Shown piece by piece: positions 41,972 to 54,621 of a stretch of DNA of 64,000 nucleotides. The notes under the pieces are model-generated. The model was not told the origin of the DNA, ran no database searches, and saw only the letters and a program-made list of their open reading frames with translations. Every line of letters starts with the position of its first letter. Within the stretch, counting starts at the first letter, position 1. Origin of the DNA: Trichoplax sp. H2 (Eukaryota); NCBI GenBank assembly GCA_003344405.1, contig NOWV01000164.1, positions 1 through 64,000 on the forward strand. The letters run 5' to 3'. The translations under genes were made by a program, and so were the position numbers.

Positions 41972-43064
41972 AACCCAATTGCAAAGCGCTCTACTGCAAA
42001 GTTATATTAAATCAACAGAGACGTGGATCGATTCAACTTGTACACTTTGCCATTCCTTAATGAAAGTCGAATAACGTAACACCAATACAGTCTGTGCAAT
42101 CCTGCAATCCAAATAGAGTGATGAAGCAAGCCTAGAATATTTACATGGATGGCATGAACATGGTTGTCTAATCCAGGTCCAACTCTAGTGGGTTGCTACA
42201 TTGATTCAAAACAGTAAGACTGGATCAACATCACCCACGAAATATCCTATTGACTAAAATGGTTCCGCTAACTTGTATCGATTGTCCAGTAGTAGCAAGG
42301 ACCAAAAACCTTGTTTCTGTTTCTTTTTGGCCACAGTGGAAGACTGAGAGAATGGTAAATTCACTTTTGCGTTTTTGTTTGTTTGGCTTTGATGATGGAG
42401 AGTTTAAATCAGGTTGAAGACGATGACTAGACTGGATCATCAGCGACTTTAAGCGTTCTACTAAAGACTCTCGACAAGGTTCTGGAGCCTTGCAAGGAAG
42501 GTTGTCCAGGTCTCCAGAAGGGCGAAATCTGCAAGCGGTGCATACCATACAGTGGTATAGAGTCTTCAGTCGTGTACGATACAGTAGAGTTTATGGTTGT
42601 TCAAAATAAATGGAGGATCTATGGCCTCAGGGTAATATTGTTGCACCATTTGAAGTAGGATTATTAATTGGGGTTATGGTTGTGCTCTCCCAAATTAAAC
42701 GATAGTTTATACTGAAATTTCTAATTTTGTGGACTGGATTCAACATCATGTTGAATAAAAGGCATCTGTACAGAATCGCACAAACAGAATTAAAACGATA
42801 TCACCCTCTTCAATAATTCAATCCGTTTGTGCGATTCTATATAAATTTATTGAAGAGGATGATATCTTTTTAACCCTATTTCTTCTTGGCCAATTGATTG
42901 CTGAAGTATCAATTTAAAGATTGAATCTTTGATTACCTTGGAGTAGAGACTACTCAACTCAAAATTTTCTCCTTTTCCTCACTGCTCGTTGTCGAAACTG
43001 CGGTTTTTCCATGATGTTCCTTGGGGAAATTTTGGGTGAAGTAGCTTACCTCCTTCGAGTAAGC

Positions 43065-43582
43065 TTTCAATACATTTTAAAGTGTTTGAGAATGAGTAGA
43101 ATAAATAAATCGTTTTTGAAAATAGAACCCATGATAATATTGTTTCAGTCCTGTCTCTTTAGGCACTAGATTGCTACAGTATAAATTAGAAGATGGAATC
43201 CATGATAGCTATCGAATAACCTTTTAATGCATTTTTAAAATGTTTGTGAATGAGTATAGTACAAGTATAGAATAAATAAATTGTTTTAAGTATAGAACCC
43301 ATGATCATATCGTTTAGCGCTGTTTCTTTGGGTAATTGATTGCCATCGAATAAACTTTTAATGCATTTTTAAAGTGTTTGAGAATGAGTAGAACAAATAA
43401 TTCGTTTTTAAAATAGAACCCATGATGATATTGTTTTAGCCCTGTCTCTTTGGGCTATTGATTGCTAAAGTATGAATTTGAAGATGGAATCCATGATTGC
43501 TATCGAATAACCTTTTAATGCATTTTTAAAGTCGTTGGGAATGAATAAAACAAATAAATCGTTTAAAACTAGAACCCATGAC
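43065..43582. repeat. Imperfect tandem array, ~4 copies of ~135-160 bp
   Basis: catttt(t)aaagtgtttgagaatgagta...aaataaatcgttttt...tagaacccatga recurs near 43073, 43229, 43363 and 43521. Confidence 0.9.
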
Positions 43583-44723
43583 TTTGATTCTAATCTGACC
43601 GTCAATGGTAGCTAAATAGGCTAAGATGGACTAACAAATCATAGCCATGAAAATTAAAGCTAACCAAGATGAATCACAATTGAATTCATTTTGTCATCGT
43701 CTACATGCTAAGAATTATTTCAAAGTCATGGTTGATTGTCCAAAATTTCTCACATCGAAATGGTTCAATGGATCATCCTATCTGATTTTAGAATGATAAT
43801 CCTATCATAGCGCATTAAATGCAGAGTGAATACTATCCAGATCAAATTTTATTGTTAAGAAACCACAAGTTACTCTATCACCATTGAAATTATAATTTCT
43901 TGCTAGTACACGTTCAAAAACAAAACATTATATCGGAGAGATATCCAAGAATTTATTATCATTCACTCCGTAGTAATTCCATTTCCCAAGCTAAGTAACA
44001 CAACGTGTAATATTCTACGCGTAATAAATGCACTGACAGCATAGGAGCTTCTAACGTTCATTGGACCTAATTGCAGGTAATATCTAATCTAGTTTTGATC
44101 GATCTCCTCGTAAGAATGATCAAGATTACTATATTTCTCTGTATCTTGTCATAGCAGTGATGCCATGACAAGTTTCTTGTGGTCTACTTTAAAGTCTTAT
44201 GCGATGAAATTTAGCTTGTATCCCGCTGGAAGCTTTCAAACTGCAATACTAACTAGTCCTAAATTAAGCACCAAAATAAGATGATTATCTTGATGACATT
44301 GTAAAACATTCAACTAGAAAGCGTAGTCAGAAATCGGATTCTTGCACTAGTTCATCATTCGTATAATATTAAGTTACACTATATCCAAAATTTCACTGAT
44401 AAAAACTTGAAGAACGAGTTGATAAAATGTTATTCTAAAAGTAAAGAGTAAAAGACCTTATAACTTGCATGAGTTTGTTCATTTTAAGGTATACCAATGC
44501 CAATGTCTATGCATACTAGTATATCATTTGCTGTTTGTCAATTTCTTTATTAAAGGCAGCACTACGTACAGTATATTAAATTCGACGCATGGATTATAAA
44601 ATCCCCTCCTGTTGGTGTCAAAAATCATACATAGATTTAAATAAGATCAATTGAAACAATAAATAAAACAACCTTTAAAAGTTATGAGTGAAACAGGATC
44701 GTTAATTAATATTAACAATAAGA

Positions 44724-44779
44724 AAACCAAGATTGGATGAAATGCTTACTTAAACCAAGATTGGATGAAATGCTTACTT
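44724..44779. repeat. Exact tandem duplication, 2 x 28 bp
   Basis: aaaccaagattggatgaaatgcttactt twice. Confidence 0.9.
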
Positions 44780-45939
44780 ACAGTAAAGAAATTTTATCTA
44801 CGGAAATCACATTTGCTTTTAAGAGTTGATATAAAAATATTTACTATAGGATCTTTTATTACACAGGGACAACAGAACATTACTGTAGCATGAACAATTG
44901 CTGCTGTACATCTAGATATTCATGAATATTGACCAAATCAATTCAATTATACTTTCGACCATCGAGAGGTAAAAATTCTATGATATAGACCGATTTTCGT
45001 CATCATGACCTCGAGAATGTGCAACAACAGGGCCGCAGATACTCAACGGAGATGGTATAATTGTTTGTAAGAAGTGCTCCTCCGTTTAAGTATTTCTAGA
45101 ACTTTTGTCAAATTGTTCAATTTATATCAAAATTCGACGATTGAGCACTGTTAGAGTGATCCAAATAGTAACACAATAATCCATATTCGAGGGAGATACA
45201 ATCATTTATTCTATTCGGCATCCTAAAAGCTTTGTTGATGGGATGTATTCTATTCAGTTCGGATTATAATTCTACTTTACCTTAACGAAATGGAATAAAA
45301 TAACACAGCTATTAGTTTAAACTAAACTTCAGAGGATGCAAAGCATGAAGTAATGGATTAATCGATTTGGCTACAGCAGTTTATCCAGATATATAGAGTT
45401 AGCAACCGGTATATGAAGGTCTAAGATGGCTCATGAACAGTAACTTGTACTGATATAGCTGTTTGCTAGCGACTGTAGTAATGGAGTATGCCATTCCATT
45501 GCATGACAATTTCAGTACCAAATAGCACGAGTTGTAGTGTATTAACGACTATATCATTCGCCAATGATATTTTAAAATTCTATTGGCAGTTTATAAAGAG
45601 TTTAATTCAAATATTGGCCAGTCGCAATACACCATTTCATTCAGCTGAGGATTAAAGGTTGTTTGTTGTAGACTATCTATTACTGGGAAATCTTTGTAAC
45701 TGAACTTGGAACAGATTGATTTAATCTAGAAGTTACTTGAGTCTGTCGGTTTTGGAGGCTTTCATGACGGTATATCTTTCGCTAGGTGTGGCAAATCAGG
45801 TAAAGATAGTTACAGTACGTGCTCTAGAGACCATTAAGACTCTCTAAGGGTCTCTAATGTGCTCTGGTTCTGATTAGTAAAGTACAGTCATTAATGATTG
45901 AATTTTAGTCTTAAAAGCTATTAAAGCAATGACTGTAAT

Positions 45940-46430
45940 TACCAAATAGTAATTCTATTTGTTTGGCAGAGAGTAAAATTAATTTGAAAGTTTTCTACTT
46001 TGGTAAAAAGTAGACGAGAAAATATTGGTAACTACAGTCTTTACTACAAAAACTTTTCCGATCCAAATTTATCCAAATTTGCATACTGTTCATTTGGCTG
46101 ATAATAAAATTAATTAACTTGAAAGCTGTCTACTTTGCGAGAAAACATTGCGTTATTCATTATTGGTAACTACACTGATTATTACAATCACTTTTCAGAG
46201 CAAAATTTATCCAAATCGGCATATTATTCATTTGGTTGAGAATAAAAGTAACTTGAAAGCTGTCTACTTGACAGGAAAATATTGCGCTATTCTTTCTAGC
46301 TATGGTGATTTATTACAATCACTTTTCAGACCAAAATTTATCCAAATTGGAATACTATTCCTTTGGCTGAGGATGAAATTAACTGGAAGGTTGTCTACTT
46401 TGGTAAAAAGTAGAAGACAAAACATAGCGC
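45940..46430. repeat. Degenerate tandem array, ~4 copies of ~130 bp
   Basis: ccaaat...tttgg...aa(c/t)ttgaaagctgtctactt...aaaa(t/c)attg repeated four times. Confidence 0.75.
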
Positions 46431-48422
46431 TATGCTTAAAGAAGAACAAACAGGAAGGTGTTAACTCCAGTTGAATCTATCGCTGTCAAATCTAATTCTA
46501 AATTAGGGGTATTGCCAAGTGTCGTTGAGAGATTGCTTGGTTTTACAGTAAGTTTTACTAGCACACTATGCAACTATCTTTTATTTACATTTTCTGCTAG
46601 AAATTATCGCTATGCAACAAATATCATAGATTAGGAACGCTTAGTTTTATAAGAAATAATTATTGATAAGGTGATGTTGAGTAAGGCTTCTTGATTTTAA
46701 ACAAATGTATTAAAGTCAAGTGGAAATCATAATTAGCTGGTGAACGACTAAAAAAAACTAGATCATTCTTTTATAAACCAAAATATTTGTACTGTAGTCG
46801 GCTGGAATTGCATTTCAAGAATTTATGGTAGATGGTTATCATGTACAAGCATTCTAGCCAATTTAATGATAGACACAAGCGTAGATGCAGTGAAGCTAAT
46901 TATACGCTTTTGCAACACTTCTGAAATCGATGGATTACTTTCCTTACTTCATCAAACTTGATGAACCTTGTTTTAACGCTACTCGTACATTGTAACATAA
47001 CCCAAAGTGATCTACATTAGCATTTTATTCAAACTAAAACCTAGACACAAAGTGTAGAGATGCATCTCATATTGGATTACATTGATAGCTATATTTGATA
47101 TCATTCGATTTCAAAGATTTGATACTCGTATTATTAGCCAGTTTGCTATCGCATGATAATAGATCGATGCGACTTGATATCCTGTCATTGTGAAGACACC
47201 GGATACCTTCAAATGATGATGTTGGACATCAATAGAAGATTAACGATATATTTTAGGTAGATTGAATTATACGGTAAAACATAGTGATGGTCTAAGGAAG
47301 CATCTTCTGTTTCATAACTTAAGTTTGATATTAGGCAACTTAGTTACAGTAAATAGATTAAACGAATTGTACAAGAACTGATGAGATGAGCTTAGAGGAT
47401 ATTAAAATTCACTTCTTTTGATCTCAGGATACATTAGATTAGGCTCTTCCCCTGATTCATTTTTTGCCCTACTATCCTTAAAGTCTGCTGAAAAAGCCTT
47501 TTTTTTTCCAAATTCTATCAGCTAGAGACAATTACTATGTGTGATAATTAGATTTAGATTAGATATACTTTTATAACAATGAATCCATTTCTAGACAATT
47601 GTTGCCTTTCTATTAAATAAGCAATCAAGCCATTAACGATAATGATTTAGCGATCAATCCTTGGACCAAGGATTATTTCAAAGGTTAAGGATAACTAAAA
47701 CCAAGGACGAACGCTAGTTTGATCTACGTGCAATCAGTACTGTACTATGCAATCGCGATATTTCTGTCCTTAACTACGTAACCAATATCGTCGACGACTT
47801 CAACTTAAAATGAAAGATGAATGCTAGTGAATGTTTGATAGTATATTAAGAGGAAATATCACCGAAACATCAGTTTAATAATATAAACTGTGGATGATAA
47901 CATAAATAAGTATGATGGTAACGTAAAGTAAGAGTTGCTCCAATTTTAAACGCAGGCAGCCTTCCCTTGAAGCAATCCGTGACAATTAGCAATCAACTTA
48001 GGGACTTGTCTAATCAAAACCAAAAGCAAAATATCATTTTAAAGCTTCAAGACAGTATAAAACTAAGCCTCAATGGACGATTTATTCACTCATTTATTGC
48101 GGTAATAGATTGTATGTTAATCATTTGTCACGTAACAGTGCAATATAGATTATTGATTCCGGCTTTGTGACGATTAATTTATTGATTTGATAGATTAGAT
48201 CTTGTCTTGCTCTTATTCTTCCTACTAGGCACGTGATTTTTTTTCACGCTATGGTTCAAATGGCGCTATAAGGCAATGATTGTTGTTTAATTGTCTTGTA
48301 AATTAGAATTGGGCTCATTGAGTTGGCAAAAAGGACGATTGGATCCGACTACAAATAAAAATTATTTGTCAACAATTTTCATAGCACTCTCTTGCCTCAT
48401 CTTACAGGAGGGCCTGAAAGCG

Positions 48423-51291
48423 ATGTTTAAAAGTAAATATTTACCGACAACTTCATCCAATTCATCCCGTGGTGGTATTTCTACAGCAATGGAGCAAAGG
48501 GATGAAATTGATGAAATGGAGGAATCAACCATGTACCGCTATGGGCTGGGTCCATTTCAACCTCAATGCCTTCAAATTCTTAATCATCGATGGTGGCTAA
48601 TTACAGTCATTTGCTTGTATATCATCTTTGCCGGAATGCTAATGACTGGATTTTCTGCGGTAACAGTAACATCATTAGAGAAACGCTATGAGTTGAGAAG
48701 CACTGAAACAGGAGCGCTGCCTTCCGCTGGCGAAATTGCCAGCGCCATCATTGGTATATTAGCAAGTTATTTCGCTGGTCGACATCATAAAGGAAGATAT
48801 TTAAGTGTAGGTGCGATCGTTTTGGCGTTAGGGGCTTTGATGTATTCATTGCCTCATTTCGTCACGGATCCATACACCGTGGTCAGTTCTTCCACCAATT
48901 ATAGCGATTTATGTCTAGAAACGCAATCCACACCATCCAATCTATGCGATAAAGAATTTCATCATGGCGGACAATCAAACATTCGCTATTTCTTTTACAT
49001 GTTTCTAGTAGCACAATTACTGATGGGAGCAGGGAATAATTTAATCTGGAATGTTGGTACGGCTTATATCGATGAAAATGTTCATCCCGTTTCTTCGCCG
49101 TTATACATCGCCGTTACTTATACCGTTAGTGTTGTCGGACCTGCTGCGGGTTATATTTTAGGAGGGATCTTTTTAAATCGGTACATTAATTGGCCAGAAG
49201 CACCACCACCAGGTACAGTTTCTTGCCTCATTGAATTGTTAAATGATCTGTTTAAGCCATCATTTATTTTATTACTTCATTATTAAGTTCAAAGACAATT
49301 TGCAATGATATTATGGAACTCTTTAAATCCCTATTGCTATATTAAGGTTTAACACCCTATGATGCACGATGGATTGGTGCTTGGTGGCTTTGTTTTATCG
49401 TCTCTGCTGCTTCTTTAGGATTCATTGCCGTACCTCTTTTTGGATTTCCACGAAAATTGCCGGGATATGAAAAGCACAAGCGGCTTCGCGAAGAGATGGC
49501 CAATAGTAATGGCCATCGTGATTATGGCATTAACCTGAAAGATTTTATTAAAGCTAGCCAAGAATTATTTCGAAATAAAGCGTTTGTCTTCCTAACATGC
49601 GCTGGAATATTAGAGTATCTCGCTACTATAGGAATCAGTTGGTTTTTTCCTAAAATTTTAGAGACACAATTTCGTTTACCTTCTTATGTAGCTAGCTTTA
49701 CTGTAGGCCTCATCACTGTACCAGGAGGGTGCGTCGGTATGATTTTGGTAAGCTAGATCAATTGTAATACTCCCCATAGAGATGCTCGAAAGATGAAATT
49801 GAGTGTAGTTCATTCAGTTTCGATAGCCACAATTATTTCAAATTAATTCGTGCTATTTTCACTTTTCCTTAGGGTGGTATGCTTGTAAGAATTTTTAGAA
49901 TGAATGGTCGTAAAGCAGCTAAGTTGGCTTGTATTCTTGGTTTTGTTGATTGTGCTCTATCAGCAGTTTTCTTACTTGGCTGTGATAGTCTTCCATTTGC
50001 TGGAGTTAATGCTCCATATACTAGTCATTCATTAACATCGTAAGTAAAAACTTGACTCTATCTTATGATCTATATTTCAATTTTTGATATTAACTTGTGT
50101 TAATAGAGTTCTCTTGACCGTAAATTAGGAATATTAGCTTCAATGAAGTCAATTTAACTGCGATTTGTAATTCAGGCTGTATGTGCAATAAGGTCGAGTA
50201 TAATGCTATTTGTGGATCAGATGGAAAAACTTATTACTCTCCATGTCATGCTGGTTGCAAGACAAGTTATTTTGATGCGGAAAATTTAACCTATGTAAGA
50301 CTTACTTACATAGAATTCTAGACGTGCAATAGTCTGTTCTCTAATCAGTATTACTAATATTGCAATAATTCATGAAATGGATATAAAGTTTAAATTGCTT
50401 TTTAGTTTCACATATAATTTTGCTAAATCAGGCTAGGTGTACGATAATTTCTATTTATGATATACGTACAGACTATTTCTCTTATCAGTGTCACTATCGT
50501 GCAATAATTTATTGAAAGGAAGCGGCATTAAAACTGCTTTTTAGTTCACTTGTGAATGACTAAATCGGAATAGGTTTATAATTTTTCATAAGTGAAAGCT
50601 ACTTATATCTGCTTCTTTTCACTCTATTAAAGGTTTATAGTAACTGTAGCTGTATCCCAAAGGCAAGCGATACCTATTCCGATTATGATGCTATTCAAGG
50701 ATCGTGCACATCAGATTGCCAAGAATTTAAACCTTTCGTTATAGGTATCAGCATTGCAATAGTTGCCGTTATGTCGAAAACTGTTCCCTCTACCGAAGCT
50801 TTACTACGGTATGTCAGGAAGACTGGAGTATGCTTATATTATTCAATGCTCTTGAAATGATTTGATAAAAAAAATAAGTGCGCACTGCGTCAAAGATACA
50901 ATTGATGTGCTAAATTAATAACATAATAATTGATGATAGATCTGTACCTGAAAATCAACGAGTTTATGCTTTGGGCGTCAGTTCAGCTATGATTCGTTTG
51001 GCTGGAAATTTACCCGGACCAATCTTAATTGGAGCATTTATCGATTATTCATGTTTACTCTGGGGCAACGAATGCGATTCCTCGTCGACTTGTTGGTTTT
51101 ATGACAGTAGAAAGATGGGAATGTACCTTTATATATCCCTAATTATGATCAAGCTTCTGTCTACTTTCTTATTTATTCTAAGTTGGAGGTATTATAGAAA
51201 AGATCAAGGTCTTTCTTCTACAGGAAGTACCCATTTACTCGATTTTAGCCATAAGAGTGAAGATATCACTCGAGGTAAGGATGCCATTTAA
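48423..51291 (+). CDS. Organic anion transporting polypeptide (SLCO/OATP family, SLCO4/5-like), ~6 coding exons
   Basis: SLEKRYELRSTETG; AYIDENV; OATP signature DARWIGAWWL (~49361); Kazal-like CNSGCMC...ICGSDGKTYYSPCHAGC; PGPILIGAFIDYSCLLW. Exons ~48423-49212, 49347-49747, 49873-50040, 50129-50293, 50633-50808, 50940-51291. Start codon uncertain (alternative 48489). Confidence 0.93.
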
Positions 51292-52769
51292 ATCTCGAAA
51301 GTATTAGACATTGAAATACTGACTTCCATTGCCGAAAGCATAAAATACTTCTAAAGAGTTAAATTTTGACTTGATGTACCGTGATATCATGAATACTTTT
51401 GATTGTGATATGACTGTAATTCGATTTTTATAACCGCATTTTCGCCGTATTGGATCATGGACTACCTTTAGTAGTCTAGAATTTGATTAGCGCTGGTTGG
51501 TTACTGAATGAAATACTGTATTAAGATTTAAAATCTTAATTAACTTAATCATGAGCAATTTTGTCTTTCTTTCTGGCGTATCTCATCTACAATCGTATTG
51601 ACAATATTTTACTTGCTACATACTTTGCAATTATAATTTATTCCATCTGTCTTTTTTAAAGCTGATGCCCAGCAATAGAAGGTTTCATTGATAGGCCTTG
51701 AGAGTGGCCGCTTTTCAATCATGATAAAATTAATGTCCATTATTCCTTAGCTAATGGATATGCTACCGGAGTAGCTAAGTTGTTATACTTTAAAACTTTC
51801 TCTCAATATTGACTCGTAAAATTTTGCTTGAAAAATTTAATAAAATGGAATCCGTTCATACTCCATTTCGGATTGTGATTGCAATATCGACGCAAAATAG
51901 ATCCTATCCATAAGTAATTATATAATAATAATTATCCTAACGTATGGTATATTATACATTTCAGAAATCTTAAATTAACGATAACAGCTAGCTTAGCGAT
52001 GTTTAATTCATTTTTTTTTTTATATTAAGATTGATCTAACTGTTGCCCTTACCCATAGATATTATCGACTTTATGGGTAGTTTAATAAGAGGTTATTGTA
52101 AACGAAGTTATTCGGTTTCGGTAAAGGATTTTATAATAATCGTTTATTAGTGTCTATACTGAGAAAGAGATAGTATACAATGCTATAGATCTCCGGATTC
52201 AGGACTAGCTTTAGAAACTAGAGAATTATCTTTTATACTCTACTTGTTTACATCGCGAGGATCGTAAACAACAACAATTGTAACAGATCATAATTCTAGA
52301 ATATGTTAGTAATTGTGAAGGTCATTGATTACAGTCTACTTTATACGCGAACGCGTGTGCGTGGTTGATCTAGCTGAATTTTTAGGGTTTCTAACAATGT
52401 ATCAAGTAGCTCAGTAGGGCTAGTAGCAACTACTGGAACTATCCAACAAGATCCATGAACTAACCGTAGTTTTTTAATTACTTTATGAAGCTGCGTCGTT
52501 GATACAGACTTCATTTCAGACCATACATTCCAGGGTTAGCGTTCAGATATGGATTGATCGTACTAAAATTAGATTTTACCCTAGAATGTGCTATATGCCA
52601 TCTTGTTGTTTCGTCCATTTCATTTTATCCAGATAGATCTGAGTGCTTGATGAATTTCAACCTCTTTAACCCTTTATTCAGTATAGACGCAAATTTACAC
52701 AAATGCTTAAGATCGTCTGATTCAGTAACTCGATACAAGTGGTAGCGTTTATCTTGATTGTTAATATAA

Positions 52770-53050
52770 TAAAATTGGAGGGCTGAAGAGTCTACTTTGG
52801 AAATGATCAAGCAGCTACGTATACGTACTAGCGCCTATCTTAACAGTTAATAGGATGAAATTGGAGACCTAAGCAGCTGCATCCAAACAGTAGCGCCATT
52901 TCGATAGAATGAAATTGAAGACCTGAAGGACCTGTTTAGGATATGATCAAGCAGCTCCGTACCAGTACCCATACCAGTAGTAGCGCCAATCTTGATAAAA
53001 TGAAATTGGGACTTTCAGAGTCTGCTGTTCAATTGATCAAGCAACTCCAT
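52770..53050. repeat. Short degenerate tandem array, ~4 copies
   Basis: aaattg(g/a)agacct.aag...tgatcaagcagct...tagcgcc repeated near 52772, 52857, 52911 and 53002. Confidence 0.6.
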
Positions 53051-53592
53051 GCAAGCACTTAAACTTAGATATTACCTGACTAATACCTATACTGTCATCC
53101 TAAAATGGAACACATTTTCTATATATCTAAAGTCAGAAGGATACTATTTCGAATTGATCCCTGACTACGAACCAGCGACTCGCCGTCACTTTTTAATGAC
53201 CTAAAATAGTATGTTACTGTTGTACAGTATATTCTCCGTAGCTCATCTGAGCGCAGGCCAAATTACATGCGTACTGTACTTGCCCTAGTACAAGCCTTCC
53301 AAAAAACTTTTATTTCTTGTCAACAATCAAAAGTTGACCAAGATTTCGAGCTTGGAATGAAATTTTACCGTTGCCTTTTAATGCTCAGATTACCTCAAAT
53401 CACTCCCTTCCAAGCTATTCTGCTCACTTGATCTAACCGAGATCAGATCCACGCGCCAACTGGAATCATTTTAGCGACGTCCAGAAGGCAGGGCCAGTGA
53501 TGCTCATGCATAGGTACAGTGTCAAATGCAGGTAACTTTATGGAATTTGGCCCTAGCCTTTCATGCATGGATACCTCCAGCTCTGATTAACG

Positions 53593-53697
53593 TGGATATC
53601 TGATCCCAACCATATGAAATGACTTTTGCCTCTAGATCCATGACCCTAACCATGCATCTAGAGGCAAAATACTTCCAATTGTAGGGCCAGATATCCA
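53593..53697. repeat. ~105-bp hairpin / inverted repeat
   Basis: Perfect 14-bp arms ttttgcctctagat/atctagaggcaaaa, inner catg/catg, outer tggatatctg/cagatatcca; loop accctaac. Confidence 0.75.
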
Positions 53698-54067
53698 TTT
53701 TGATCCAATACCTCCAATTGCTCCTTTCAAAGTTATTTTGGCAACGTTATCCCACGACTATCATTCCAGTCACGGTGATAATTGGCGTAGCACCAGCAAC
53801 GCTTAAACAGAGGTTCCTTCTCTCGAGAACCCATAGCAGAATAGAGAAATTTACAGATACCAAAGACTGCTAAAGAGAAATCATCGACTTTTGAGGTATC
53901 TAGCAGTCCAAGACGATACGAAACTGACAGTAAAAATAATAAGGGGAAAATCAACTTCAAGTGTCTTTAACACAAGGTATGCCAAGGTGTTTGAAACAGT
54001 ACACTACTGGTTGTATCATAGTAATCAGTCAATCACTTCGGTAGGAGGAAAGTGTGGAACAAAACTT

Positions 54068-54192
54068 TTTACAGTATCACAGTACAGTACGTACTGTACT
54101 TATGGTACTACTTGTACTGTACACTGTACAGTACAGTACAAGTGTACAGGACTCAATACAGTATAGTACAGTATACGCTACAGTACAGTATA
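54068..54192. repeat. ACAGT/TACTG pentamer low-complexity tract upstream of TMEM94
   Basis: tacagtatcacagtacagtacgtactgtac...cactgtacagtacagtacaagtgtacag...tacagtacagta. Confidence 0.8.
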
Positions 54193-54621
54193 GGGGTATT
54201 GCTTTGATTCTAGTACTAAAGCATACCAAAAACCGACCGGTCCGGTAGGCTCATTCACTCCAACGTTGCCATAGACATTGACGAAGGATTTTCGCCATTT
54301 TGGCTACCTTGGACAAATTATTGACTGCAAGGCCATTTTACTCACTAATTAAAGCGTTGAATTTCACCTACTGTCGCCAAGATTGGCTGCCAACGCTTGA
54401 AATTGTATCATGACGACAAAGTAATGGTACTATTGGATCTAGGGTGATACGTGCTATCTTGCAATCGTCTGTTTCTTATTGTTGATGGACATAAAACCTA
54501 ATCGAAACGGATGTTCAATTAACTCGGGATTATCGTGCAAGTCCAAGGCATAGAATCGACGTAGTGGCCAATTTTGCTGGTTTTATCTCGCCTTAGTCAA
54601 TGAGAGAAGGCAGTGACGACG

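Noticed and set aside
42231-42548. 105-aa minus-strand ORF upstream of TMEM245
   Set aside because: No recognisable homology or splice link into the TMEM245 frame; likely UTR or promoter sequence.
45672-45799. Exon-like segment (ttgtag|...cag|gtaaag) in the TMEM245-SLCO gap
   Set aside because: No recognisable coding content; could be a non-coding SLCO 5' exon but unsupported without RNA data.
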